This document shows, in pieces, positions 7,647 to 17,053 of a stretch of 32,000 bases of DNA. This DNA is from an uncultured Alphaproteobacteria bacterium (GTDB taxonomy: Bacteria; Pseudomonadota; Alphaproteobacteria; Rs-D84; CACZYB01): positions 240,001 through 272,000 of the forward strand of contig CAKQHZ010000001.1 of the NCBI GenBank assembly GCA_934246625.1, given 5' to 3'. Made by a program: the position numbers and the translations under genes. A model generated the notes under the pieces. It was not told the origin of the DNA. It was given only the letters and a program-made list of their open reading frames with translations, and did no database searches. Every line of letters begins with the position of its first letter. Position 1 is the stretch's first letter.

Positions 7647-10238
7647 CTAATATTTCGATAATACTGTAATTATCTCCTGTTTTATTTTCTGTGGAAAATC
7701 GTAATTTATCCAATCTGGATTGTTATTAAACCAAGACAAGCATTGTTCCTGAGTTAAGTTATCACTTGTCATGTATTCAAATATATAGGATACTGCCGTA
7801 CGAGAAAAACCTAAATATAACAATGATAACTGTGTTTTTTGACTAACACCGAATTCCAAGAAAACTGAAAAATCTTGAATTTCTTGAACTAAATCATTTC
7901 TATTAATACTCGTCAAATAATATTTCAATACATCTGAATAGCATTTAAGATATTTTGGGGCTGTATATCTTGCAAATTTTTCTATTAATTCCATTGTTTC
8001 CCTGATCAATGTATTTGTATTTAGTGAATCAGAATAATTCCTTGATTTTATATAGTTAATTCTGTTTGTTATAATTCTCTTTAATGGATACCCTCTCATC
8101 CAATTCACTACTATAATTGAGCAACTATATAACGAACGACTTGAGTAATAAATTCGAGTTAAATGATTATTGATTCTTTGAAACGCTTTGTTATAGATAC
8201 CAACAGCATTTTCACTAGCAGGATCGCATAGTAATAGCTCCTCAATATTCTTTTTTTTATTTTTATTGCGTTCTATAAAATAATTATACAGTCTAATTAT
8301 ATGCATAGAATTTATGCCTGGATTATTTTCTATAATATCCAAAGGGAAGGGTAAATTTTGATAAATATTTGCAATCTCGCTTTCTATCTCATCAATGTTA
8401 GGAAAGAAATTACTCCATTTATATTGTTTTATTGTCTTATATCTTCCATATTGTGCCACTAAATATGACACAAACTGATCAAATAAATGATTAGGCTGTG
8501 CGTTTATATCTTGACATTTTATATAGTTTAAAAAACTTGTTGTCTTAAACTCTTCATTATCGATAAATTTCCTAATGTAGTATTTCTGTCTTTTCTTTGG
8601 AGCTTGTCCATCCGTCCAGATATTTTTATCGTTGGGATCAATACAGATTATATTACCTTGAAATTCAGTTCCCCATCGTCCTGCTCGTCCCGCTAAATTC
8701 CAAAAATCAGCATTTGACATTAACTGTTGTTTCCCTTTTTTAGGGCCTCGCATAAATATACTTCTACACGACAAATTAACACCTTCAACCAATGTAGAGG
8801 TACAAACTAAATGTGTAATAATATTTTCATTGAATAATCGTTCTATTTCTGCTTTTATTAAAATAGGCATATTTCCATAATGAAAAGCTACACCACGTTT
8901 TAGAACTTTACATAGAACATATTCTTCATGGATAGTTTTCTTACATAAATCAATTAATGAATTTAGTGCTTCATCGTTTTTATTGTTATCTTCACCCAAC
9001 AAATCACATATTAACTGAGCAATCTTTTCAGCATCTGCAGCACCATTTACATATATAATATTACCTTTAGCAATTATATTTTGATTATGGGTTAATGCAT
9101 CGACCATATAAGCAATTCTTTTTTGATCAGAATTGGGGGATGATTTAAGAGAAATATTATTCAAACAATATTCTTCATTACCACTTATCAGCTTCAAAAC
9201 CCATTTCTTAGATGAATGAGGCTGTTGTTCTACCCACAGAATGTTCTGATTAACCGTCAGTTCTTCACCTTTGATACAATGTGTTTGTTTTTTCTCATCT
9301 ATATCTTCAAGTAATCGTTCTGGATTAGCAGTAAATGGGCTAACAAAAACTAATTTAAGATTACTATTTTCAAATATTCCCCATTCTATAATTTGTTGCA
9401 ATAAAAGTCCACGATTATCATCACCTATCTTATAGGCTTCGTCAATAATCATTGCAAATATATTTAATTCAAAATTCAACGAAGAAAGTAATAGATAAAA
9501 ACGTTCTTGCGTAAATACGAAAATATTTGATTTATTCCAATCTAAAATATCATTTATTGGCATAGATGTCACATTGACTTTTTCTTCCAGAGCATTATCG
9601 TTTATTAGTTTTTTAAAATCTTCTTCTAATTCATATATTAAAGCTCGCGTAGGAACAATATATACTATATTTACTTTGTTATTTTCTTTTATTTGATCGA
9701 TAATCCATTGTTTTACTATAAATGTTTTACCTGCAGCTGTTGGAGCTGTAACACTCAAATATTTGTAACATTCCAAACTTCTCCAAAAATTATTTTGAAA
9801 TTTATTCGCAAATATTTTCTTTCCGTTGTTTGTGTCTATAAGATTTTCTTTTCTACATCTTGTCCAAAACATTTTAGATGAAAAATTTAGACGGTTTTCT
9901 ATATGTCCTTCTATAAGGTTTCTTTTTTCTGCTAAATTAATGGCCGGAATGTTAGATAAAGAATTAAGAATAATGGTCGCCATATCTCTATGTTCAGGTG
10001 ATACAGCACAAGATATACATGTCTGGGTAATTCTTAAAACCTTATCAAAATTAGAAACATCTTTTGCTAAAATACTTGCACATAGTAGCAAATATCCCCA
10101 ATCTATATCTGCTTGCGTATCTTTTTCCTTAATAAATATGCCATCGAACTGTTCTTCAACAGATAAAAGGAGAACCTTTAAATACATATTACTAAAGTAT
10201 TGGTTATTATTTATCCATTCCAATAAAGTTTCTTGCAT
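7647..10238 (-). CDS. hamB: Hachiman HamB, SF2 (Ski2-like) helicase
   Basis: Track ORF of 863 aa. Helicase motifs: TAPTAAGKTF (I), IIDEAYKIGD (II), VAFHYGNMP, TSTLVEGVNL (V) and NLAGRAGRWG (VI). It starts 3 nt after the stop of the DUF1837-like gene. Confidence 0.8.
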   Translation of the reverse strand: MQETLLEWINNNQYFSNMYLKVLLLSVEEQFDGIFIKEKDTQADIDWGYLLLCASILAKDVSNFDKVLRITQTCISCAVSPEHRDMATIILNSLSNIPAINLAEKRNLIEGHIENRLNFSSKMFWTRCRKENLIDTNNGKKIFANKFQNNFWRSLECYKYLSVTAPTAAGKTFIVKQWIIDQIKENNKVNIVYIVPTRALIYELEEDFKKLINDNALEEKVNVTSMPINDILDWNKSNIFVFTQERFYLLLSSLNFELNIFAMIIDEAYKIGDDNRGLLLQQIIEWGIFENSNLKLVFVSPFTANPERLLEDIDEKKQTHCIKGEELTVNQNILWVEQQPHSSKKWVLKLISGNEEYCLNNISLKSSPNSDQKRIAYMVDALTHNQNIIAKGNIIYVNGAADAEKIAQLICDLLGEDNNKNDEALNSLIDLCKKTIHEEYVLCKVLKRGVAFHYGNMPILIKAEIERLFNENIITHLVCTSTLVEGVNLSCRSIFMRGPKKGKQQLMSNADFWNLAGRAGRWGTEFQGNIICIDPNDKNIWTDGQAPKKRQKYYIRKFIDNEEFKTTSFLNYIKCQDINAQPNHLFDQFVSYLVAQYGRYKTIKQYKWSNFFPNIDEIESEIANIYQNLPFPLDIIENNPGINSMHIIRLYNYFIERNKNKKKNIEELLLCDPASENAVGIYNKAFQRINNHLTRIYYSSRSLYSCSIIVVNWMRGYPLKRIITNRINYIKSRNYSDSLNTNTLIRETMELIEKFARYTAPKYLKCYSDVLKYYLTSINRNDLVQEIQDFSVFLEFGVSQKTQLSLLYLGFSRTAVSYIFEYMTSDNLTQEQCLSWFNNNPDWINYDFPQKIKQEIITVLSKY

Positions 10239-10241
10239 GTT

Positions 10242-11210
10242 TTATCCTTTATCTGGAAAAATTCCCAAACATTTATGAAATTCTGTTCTTAATTCATTTA
10301 CAGATTTAAAAGGAATACAGAAGAAATGTATAACAAAAGAGTCTAATCCTTTCATTTTTAGTTTATTTTGAATAACTATATTCAATTTCGGTATTTCTTT
10401 TCGAATTTTCTTTTCTACATCTGAAATAGTTTCTTGATTGGGAGATTGAGGATAATAATTATCTTGTTCAAAGCCAACAAAAGCTATGGCTCTTATTTCG
10501 AGTTTATTAAATTTAGGACTATCTCTATCTAAATACTCCTTAAGTACATCTTCCATTTTTTTATCATTAAGATCTATAAACTGCTTTAATAGAATAAAAT
10601 CCCTATTATCTGCGGACAAGATACCACCATTCGCATTAAGTAAGGTATTTAAGCTATTTAAGCAATCTTCAACTGCGGTAGGAAAATCTTTATAAACTTT
10701 TGATTCTCCCCAATGTAAAGCTAAATTATTATCCTCTGTTAATCCAAGATATACTCCATCTGCACCATGGAAGTACATATTATGATTTGTTTTTAAATTC
10801 ATTTTACATATCACTTGGGGAATTTTTAAAAATTTTTCTGCTAATACAAATAAAATTAGTTCACCTAATTCACCTGACTTAACACTATCGACAAATGTTT
10901 CCTGTGCTTCTTGCCGTAATTTCATCATATTTCTGGTTGTTGAATTTTGGTTATCCCTATTTTTTGCTTCAACAATACGACTTCTTGGAATTACATAATC
11001 AATTATATCACAAACCACACAATCCACAAAATCTTTTGTTCGATCCCGTCCGTTGCCATCTAATTCAATACAATGCCAATAAGATATTGTTTCTGTTTCA
11101 TCTATCTTTTTTTCTTTTTCTACAGTGTGTAAGAAAGCTTCATAGCTATTGAAATCACCCCTAGCTAATCTATTTAATATACTCAATAAAAAATCTTCGT
11201 TCTCAGACAT
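10242..11210 (-). CDS. hamA: Hachiman HamA, DUF1837-like nuclease
   Basis: Track ORF of 322 aa. SGELGELILFVLAEKFL..., KMNLKTNHNMYFHGADGVYLG and LALHWGESKVY (D...ExK) match my memory of the DUF1837 signature. It is immediately upstream of the helicase. Confidence 0.75.
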   Translation of the reverse strand: MSENEDFLLSILNRLARGDFNSYEAFLHTVEKEKKIDETETISYWHCIELDGNGRDRTKDFVDCVVCDIIDYVIPRSRIVEAKNRDNQNSTTRNMMKLRQEAQETFVDSVKSGELGELILFVLAEKFLKIPQVICKMNLKTNHNMYFHGADGVYLGLTEDNNLALHWGESKVYKDFPTAVEDCLNSLNTLLNANGGILSADNRDFILLKQFIDLNDKKMEDVLKEYLDRDSPKFNKLEIRAIAFVGFEQDNYYPQSPNQETISDVEKKIRKEIPKLNIVIQNKLKMKGLDSFVIHFFCIPFKSVNELRTEFHKCLGIFPDKG

Positions 11211-11237
11211 ATCTTTTTTCTACCTTATTATGCATTT

Positions 11238-11594
11238 TTATAACTTATTGCAATAGTGCATTAATTCATCGACTTTAGCAACGATACGTTTTTGCTCAGT
11301 TAGTGGAAGAAGGGGAATTAAAATATTATGTAACACTCCAGAGGATAATCTCTGTATTCCAATACCTTTTCCTCCGATAAAACCAGTTATTTTATAAAAG
11401 AATAATACATAATCAGCCCTTTTAGGCTCTCCACGTTTAACTTCCTTACCCCTAATCATTATTCTACCTTTAGTAAAGCTAACTTCTTGCTTTATTTGAG
11501 TCTTATTATCCCAACCTCTTTCAATAATGCTTGGTGTAATTTCAATACGTTTAGTATCCTCTTCGGATAATTTATTATAATCAACTTTAACCAT
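11238..11594 (-). pseudogene. Type I R-M scar: HsdR N-terminal domain fused to the HsdS C-terminal tail
   Basis: Track ORF of 118 aa. SEEDTKRIEITPSIIERGWD...FTKGRIMIRGKEVKRGEPKRADYVLFFY is the HsdR N-terminal domain. It runs directly into ...ILIPLLPLTEQKRIVAKVDELMHYCNKL, the conserved end of specificity subunits. Confidence 0.7.
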
Positions 11595-11727
11595 AAGACT
11601 AACCTTTTGTTAGGTTAACAACCAATTTTCTCTATTTTACTTAATTGTATAGCATCTTTCAAGGAAAATAATCTCTTGTTTATGTAAATATTCTTTGATA
11701 AAATGTTTCCGTACATGGAGGTAAAAT

Positions 11728-12291
11728 ATGAAAAAGAAATGGGGATTTTTAAGAGAAACAAAAGAACTTGCTCAAAAAGCAGGAATTGATAAAGATACTG
11801 GTTTACACAGAAATGGTTTAGATGAATATTTAAATGTTATTTTTCCTCATGTTAATGATTGGATTCATGATAAATCTATTGATCTTGATGGAAAAAAATA
11901 TAGACCAGATTACAGAAGTGAAACATTAAAACTTATTGTAGAATTTGATGGACTTCCTCACTATACAAACCCTCAAAATATACTAAATGATATTGAAAAA
12001 ACAGAATTTTACAAAAAACACGAATATAAAGTTGTAAGAATTCCATACTTTATACAATTATCAAATAGTGTTGTTAAAAGTTTATTTAATGTAAATGTAA
12101 AAGAAGAATTATTTGATGAAAAGATACCATCCCTTGGAATACAAGGTCGAAATACTCCAGCTTTTCTTTGTGTAGCTGGAATTATTAGGATGAAGGAAGA
12201 ATTTAAAAAATTTCCGAGACAATATGAAGTTAATAAAAAAGCTCTTATAAAAGAAAACAATCCTTATTTAACAGGCGTAGATTTGATATAA
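11728..12291 (+). CDS. PD-(D/E)xK (DUF559/Vsr-like) endonuclease-fold protein
   Basis: Track ORF of 187 aa. KYRPDYRSETLKLIVEFDGLPHY...YKVVRIPYF resembles the RPD(F/Y)...vE.DG..H core of DUF559/Vsr-like proteins. Confidence 0.45.
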   Translation: MKKKWGFLRETKELAQKAGIDKDTGLHRNGLDEYLNVIFPHVNDWIHDKSIDLDGKKYRPDYRSETLKLIVEFDGLPHYTNPQNILNDIEKTEFYKKHEYKVVRIPYFIQLSNSVVKSLFNVNVKEELFDEKIPSLGIQGRNTPAFLCVAGIIRMKEEFKKFPRQYEVNKKALIKENNPYLTGVDLI

Positions 12292-12310
12292 GTCTACATA
12301 AAATAAAACA

Positions 12311-12328
12311 TCCCCACAACGACGGGGA
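12311..12328. terminator. Hairpin between convergent genes
   Basis: TCCCC-acaacgac-GGGGA has A/T runs on both sides. It lies between the stops at 12291 (+) and 12350 (-). Confidence 0.45.
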
Positions 12329-12349
12329 GCAAAAAAGTAGGAAAAAAAT

Positions 12350-13276
12350 CTATTTATGTGTTATCTCAATCTTCTTTTTTGATGCAAGAGGTTCAGCCTT
12401 TACAACAACCTCATTTTCTTTCTCTTTAAGTTCAATTTTTGGCATAGATATAAGGATATTATCCTTAAAAAAATCAGGTTCAAGTTTACATGCAAACTCT
12501 ACAAATTCCTTTATATATCTTAACTTTTGACGTTTGTTATCATTTTTAACATTAGGTTGAGCTAAAATATCCTTTGAAATTTTTTGAATATTGTCTGTAT
12601 TATGAAATTTTGAATAGTCATCATCAAGAGATAGACCTAACTTATTAAAATTTTCCTTTAAAAAATTTCTTTTTCTTTTGGTTTCAGCCTCCCCGTTATT
12701 GGCTTTTAAAAGCATTGAATCCAATATATATTCAAGAGTATGTTTCGGTGGTTCAATTATTTGAATTCCACCTACTTTTTTGAATAGTTCAGAACCAAAA
12801 GTTTTTTCAAGTAGTTTATACTTATATTCCATAGATTTCAATCTGTCCGATATTTCCTTTTGAACATTGTATTTTGCAATATTTTGATTTAACTCTCCAT
12901 ATAATTTTATAAATTCAGCCATCGTTTGAGGGTCATTATCTTTTGCAATAAACCATTCATCAGGAATATTAAGCATAAAGCCCAAATTACAAGAAGATAA
13001 AGGCCTTCTATATCTTATAACTTCAATTTCCGAGTATAATTTGCATAATCTGTCGAATTTTTCGTTGAAATCCTTAATTTCATTCATTTTGCCTAACGCC
13101 TCATAATAACTATTAGTATGTAAGGAATAGCACAAATACCGCCTTTTTCCTTCCACTCTTGACAATTCTATTCTACAGTAAAAGACATTATTCCTCAACC
13201 ATAAATGTGGTTGGATTTTGCTTTGTGCTATACAGTTTGCCATGCACTTTTTATCCATTTGCAACTTTCCTAACAT
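12350..13276 (-). pseudogene. Tyrosine-integrase remnant (arm-binding and core-binding parts only, catalytic domain absent)
   Basis: Track ORF of 308 aa. PHLWLRNNVFYCRIELSRVEGKRRYLCYSLHTNSYYEALGKM resembles the N-terminal arm-type DNA-binding domain of island integrases (..yYfR...p......SL.T.d...A). No R...HxxR...Y catalytic region follows. It lies directly downstream of the tRNA-Thr fragment. Confidence 0.4.
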
Positions 13277-13386
13277 TTTTAAGGAGTTAAAATTGTTAAC
13301 TATTTGTTTTTGCTAGTATTTTGCAAAAGATAAAATTCTTTAAATTGATTAAAGTGAGAAATAAAAAATCAGTAAAATCAAAGATT

Positions 13387-13440
13387 TTTTAGTGGTGCCG
13401 GCACACGGACTCGAACCGCGGACCTGATGATTACAAATCA
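13387..13440. repeat. attL: 54-bp direct repeat containing the displaced 3' 48 nt of tRNA-Thr (13393-13440, minus)
   Basis: ttttagtggtgccggcacacggactcgaaccgcggacctgatgattacaaatca is identical to 30610-30663. Confidence 0.9.
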
Positions 13441-13566
13441 TAAGGGCTATTATTTTACAATTTTTGATTGTAATTTATTTTATTGTATAATCAATATGTT
13501 AAATCGTTTTATGAAAATTTTAAGATTTACCAAAATTGATGTATTTTGACCTTTTTTGATAAAAAA

Positions 13567-13653
13567 TACGGCAATAATTCGGCAATGAAAATTGAATAAA
13601 AATCCTTGATTTTAGCAATGTATATACTTATAATTAAATTATGATTCGGCAAT
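13567..13653 (+). promoter_or_regulatory. Candidate integrase arm-type binding sites (left arm)
   Basis: TACGGCAAT is at 13567-13575, and TTCGGCAAT is at 13578-13586 and 13645-13653. The same 9-mer recurs twice just inside attR. Confidence 0.45.
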
Positions 13654-13686
13654 AAATGAAACAATTAAGGAACAAAGGGTTAAAAA

Positions 13687-14715
13687 ATGGAAAATAAAGG
13701 AAATATTATAATATACAAAGATGAAAATGGCACAGTTAAGGCTAATGCTTTATTTGCCAATGAAACTATATGGCTTACACAAAAAGGAATGAGTGAACTT
13801 TTTGATATAGACCCTTCTGGTATAAGCAAACATATACAAAATATATTTAATGACGGAGAATTGGCAGAAAACACGACTCTTGCAAAATTTGCAACTGTCG
13901 TAAATCGAGGTTTTCGTGGTCCAATAGAAGAGGAACTTGATTACTATAATCTTGATATGATTATTGCTGTCGGATATAGAGTAAATTCCAAAAAAGCAAC
14001 TGCTTTTCGTATTTGGGCGACAAATGTTTTAAAAGAATTTATTACAAAAGGCTTTATCCTTGATGATGAACGCTTAAAAAATGGAAATATGTTCGGTAAA
14101 GATTATTTTAGAGAATTATTAGAACGTATTCGTGATATTAGGATTAGTGAAAAAAGACTATATCAACAATTAAAAGATATTTACGCCCTTTCCGCTGATT
14201 ATACAAAAGATAATAAAGATGCCTTACGATTTTTTGCAACAGTCCAAAATAAAGTGCATTTTGCAATTACTGGAAAAACTGCTCCTGAAATTATATATGA
14301 AAGAGCAGACTCTGAAAAATCTAATATGGGACTTACATCTTGGAAAAATTCACCAAACGGAAAAATCTCCAAATCAGATATTGGTATTGCTAAAAATTAT
14401 CTTAATGATTCCGAATTACAAGATTTAAGGGGAATAATAAATATGTTCCTTGATTATGCAGAAATGCAAACAAGAAATAACAAACTAATTTATATGAAAG
14501 ATTGGGAAAAACGTCTTGACGACTTTATAAAATTTAATGAAAAGCAAGTTTTATCAAATGCCGGAAAGATATCTCGTATGACAGCACTAAGAAAAGCCTT
14601 TTCTGAATATGATAAATATAAAGAATTATTAAGAATAGAAGAAAAGGAACAAGCTGAAAAAGAAATAGAAACAGATATAAAAGAATTAAATGAAATTTTA
14701 GTGAAGAATAATTAG
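13687..14715 (+). CDS. RhuM-family protein
   Basis: Track ORF of 342 aa. IIIYKDENGTVKANALFANETIWLTQKGMSELFDI...YYNLDMIIAVGYRVNSKKATAFRIWATNVLKEFITKGFILDDERLKNG matches the RhuM signature as I remember it. Confidence 0.8.
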   Translation: MENKGNIIIYKDENGTVKANALFANETIWLTQKGMSELFDIDPSGISKHIQNIFNDGELAENTTLAKFATVVNRGFRGPIEEELDYYNLDMIIAVGYRVNSKKATAFRIWATNVLKEFITKGFILDDERLKNGNMFGKDYFRELLERIRDIRISEKRLYQQLKDIYALSADYTKDNKDALRFFATVQNKVHFAITGKTAPEIIYERADSEKSNMGLTSWKNSPNGKISKSDIGIAKNYLNDSELQDLRGIINMFLDYAEMQTRNNKLIYMKDWEKRLDDFIKFNEKQVLSNAGKISRMTALRKAFSEYDKYKELLRIEEKEQAEKEIETDIKELNEILVKNN

Positions 14716-14717
14716 CA

Positions 14718-14750
14718 TATCAGTTGTTCGAGATTTTCGAATAACTGATA
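14718..14750. promoter_or_regulatory. Imperfect palindrome between rhuM and int
   Basis: TATCAGTT-gttcgagattttcgaat-AACTGATA has an inner TTCGA/TCGAA pair. No T-run follows, so it looks more like an operator than a terminator. Confidence 0.25.
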
Positions 14751-14772
14751 ATCAATAAAACAGGAATATCTT

Positions 14773-15933
14773 ATGTCAAAACAATTTAACTTCACCAAAA
14801 AAGATATTGATGCATTGCCAGTGCCAAACAAAGGTTTTGCCACCTACTCTGACACAACGGAAAAAGGGTTGAAACTCTACATTACTCCAACAAGGACAAA
14901 GACTTTCTTTATTCGTAAATTTATAAATGGGCGGGATGAACGGCTTATCATAGGTCCGTATCCGGATTTGACTATTTCACAGGCGAGGGAGAAAGCAAGA
15001 ATTTTAAAGGGGACTATTGCAAACGGCATCAACCCAGCGGAGGAGAAAAGAAAACTTCGCCGTGATATGACCGTTGCGGAATTTTTTGATTACTACATTA
15101 CAAATTACTCCACAAAGAAAAAGCGCCCTAATTCCATCAGGTCGGAAAAAACTTTGTATAAAAATCATATTGCAGATTTTCTCGGGTATAAAAAGATGAC
15201 CTTGGTGCAAAAGGCGGACATTGAACGGATTTTAAAGCCCTTGGTAAATCAAGGCAACTTTGCCACAGCAAACAGGATACTTGCCCTGTTTTCTGGTATG
15301 TATAACAGAGCGATTGAATGGGGTTATCCCGATGAAAATCCGACAAAGGGGATAAAAAAGCAACGCGAAAAATCACGGGAGAGATTTTTGCAACCTGATG
15401 AATTGCCACGATTTTTTGAGATGTTAAACTCTGTTAAAAATGAGAATTTTAAAAACTATATATTGCTTTCACTTTTTACGGGGCAACGAAAAAATAATGT
15501 GCTTTCAATGAAATGGGAGCAGATAGATTTGTCGCTTGGGATTTGGTTTATACCACACACGAAAAATGGAGAAAGTTTGAATTGTGCGTTGAGTGATGAG
15601 GCAATAAAACTTCTCTCTGATATAAAACAAAATACAACCTCCGAGTGGGTTTTGCCAAGTGAAACTTCCTCCAGCGGGCATTATGAAGAGCCGAAACGGG
15701 CTTGGAGAACCTTGCTTAAAAATGCAGGGATTGAAAATTTACATCTTCATGATTTAAGGCGAACCCTTGGAAGCTATCAGGCGATAGGCGGTTCAAGTTT
15801 ACAAATAATTGGTCAATCTTTGGGACATAAATCCTTGCAATCTACACAAATATACGCCCGCCTTATCAAAGCTCCCGTCCGCCAAAGCACAAACATGGCC
15901 GTCGCGAAAATTTTGGAGTATGCGAAGAGGTAG
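14773..15933 (+). CDS. int: Tyrosine recombinase, P4-type island integrase
   Basis: Track ORF of 386 aa. The N-terminal arm-binding region is GLKLYITPTRTKTFFIRKFINGRDERLIIGPYPDLTISQAREKA. Catalytic residues are in LFTGQRKNNV, HLHDLRRT and LGHKSLQSTQIYA. Confidence 0.95.
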   Translation: MSKQFNFTKKDIDALPVPNKGFATYSDTTEKGLKLYITPTRTKTFFIRKFINGRDERLIIGPYPDLTISQAREKARILKGTIANGINPAEEKRKLRRDMTVAEFFDYYITNYSTKKKRPNSIRSEKTLYKNHIADFLGYKKMTLVQKADIERILKPLVNQGNFATANRILALFSGMYNRAIEWGYPDENPTKGIKKQREKSRERFLQPDELPRFFEMLNSVKNENFKNYILLSLFTGQRKNNVLSMKWEQIDLSLGIWFIPHTKNGESLNCALSDEAIKLLSDIKQNTTSEWVLPSETSSSGHYEEPKRAWRTLLKNAGIENLHLHDLRRTLGSYQAIGGSSLQIIGQSLGHKSLQSTQIYARLIKAPVRQSTNMAVAKILEYAKR

Positions 15934-16095
15934 GGATATTCATACAAAGTGTGATTTTATGATTGGTAATTGCAGAGTAATTTCAAACCCTAGAGTATAT
16001 TAACTATGGCGAAAATCCCCAATGGAACAAGAATGGTTGTATAATTGAGGTGTAGGAGGATAATGTTTATACTTCATCATTTGGAAATGTTCGTG

Positions 16096-16701
16096 TTATT
16101 TCGTATGCTCATCTCCAATTTTTATATATTTTCTATAAATTTCCACAGGATTTAGTTTAAAAATTTCTGTTAATATATCATGCTCTTCATTTACTATTTT
16201 TGTTCGCTCATTGTCGACAGGGAGATCTTCTATTTTAAAATTTAAAATAAATGCTTTCTTAGCTTTATTTAACCATAGTTCAGTATATTCAACAATATCT
16301 TTTGGTAAATAAAGTCTTGCTTCTGAAAATGCTTTATAAATATAATTATGAGCTTTTGCATTAACATGACCGGCTCTCCAACATTCTGATATAAATGAAT
16401 TAACCAAATTATAATTATCCAAAAACAATTTTCTTTCATCATCTGTTAATACTTGTTTTTGAGTCATAAAATCAATTTCATAATCTTTAAATTTTATACG
16501 AGATAAATCCATATATTTAAATATCCAACAAACAAGAGCTATAATTCCAAAATAAAAACCTTTTAAATCAAATAAAATTAAAATAAAAGATATGACAGGA
16601 ATTAGCAATAAAAAGAAATATTTTATTGAAATATTATATTGAGATAAATAACTTTCTAAATTTCCATACCAAATTTCTACTTTATTTACTTTCTTATTCA
16701 T
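16096..16701 (-). CDS. Hypothetical two-TM membrane protein
   Basis: Track ORF of 201 aa. The hydrophobic segments are YFFLLLIPVISFILILF and FYFGIIALVCWIF, followed by a soluble C-terminal domain. It starts 4 nt after the stop of the upstream ORF. Confidence 0.5.
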   Translation of the reverse strand: MNKKVNKVEIWYGNLESYLSQYNISIKYFFLLLIPVISFILILFDLKGFYFGIIALVCWIFKYMDLSRIKFKDYEIDFMTQKQVLTDDERKLFLDNYNLVNSFISECWRAGHVNAKAHNYIYKAFSEARLYLPKDIVEYTELWLNKAKKAFILNFKIEDLPVDNERTKIVNEEHDILTEIFKLNPVEIYRKYIKIGDEHTK

Positions 16702-16705
16702 ATTT

Positions 16706-17053
16706 TTATTTTCCTTGAAACAATTTATTTAAAATAAATTCAAAACCTTCATCTTTTAATTTATCAACAGCTACATAAAAAGGAATATTGTTAGTAAGAT
16801 AAACTAATGATTTATAGACTGTATTATAATCAAGTTCTTCATATTTAACTATTTTAACATTTGTAAATATAGATAATGCGTTGATAGATTGTTTATATCT
16901 TTCCATAGATTTATTTAATCTATCTTGTAGTTCATTAAAATTATTTCTCCTTATAACCTCTATATTTTCATGATAAAAAGATATATCTTCTCCTAAATCA
17001 TAAGAAGATTTCATTATTTTTAATCCTTCATAGACATCATCAAATGTAATCAT
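16706..17053 (-). CDS. Hypothetical 115-aa protein, first gene of a two-gene unit
   Basis: Track ORF with no recognisable motif. It is tightly coupled to 16096-16701. Confidence 0.45.
   Translation of the reverse strand: MITFDDVYEGLKIMKSSYDLGEDISFYHENIEVIRRNNFNELQDRLNKSMERYKQSINALSIFTNVKIVKYEELDYNTVYKSLVYLTNNIPFYVAVDKLKDEGFEFILNKLFQGK

Noticed and set aside
9693-11152. Several + strand track ORFs (9693-9881, 9826-10278, 10486-10695, 10700-10882, 10895-11152)
   Set aside because: They lie antisense inside the well-supported hamA and hamB genes and have low-complexity F/L/S/I-rich translations typical of shadow ORFs in AT-rich DNA. The same applies to 2207-2413, 4577-5027, 5503-5775, 12009-12260, 13680-13874, 14219-14428, 15004-15409, 15809-16003, 25105-25432, 25639-25830, 26998-27234, 27929-28114, 28447-28767, 29080-29295 and 30844-31364.
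11238-11594. A functional Type I R-M system
   Set aside because: Only a 118-aa chimera of the HsdR N-terminus and the HsdS C-terminus remains. No hsdM, helicase or target-recognition domains are present.
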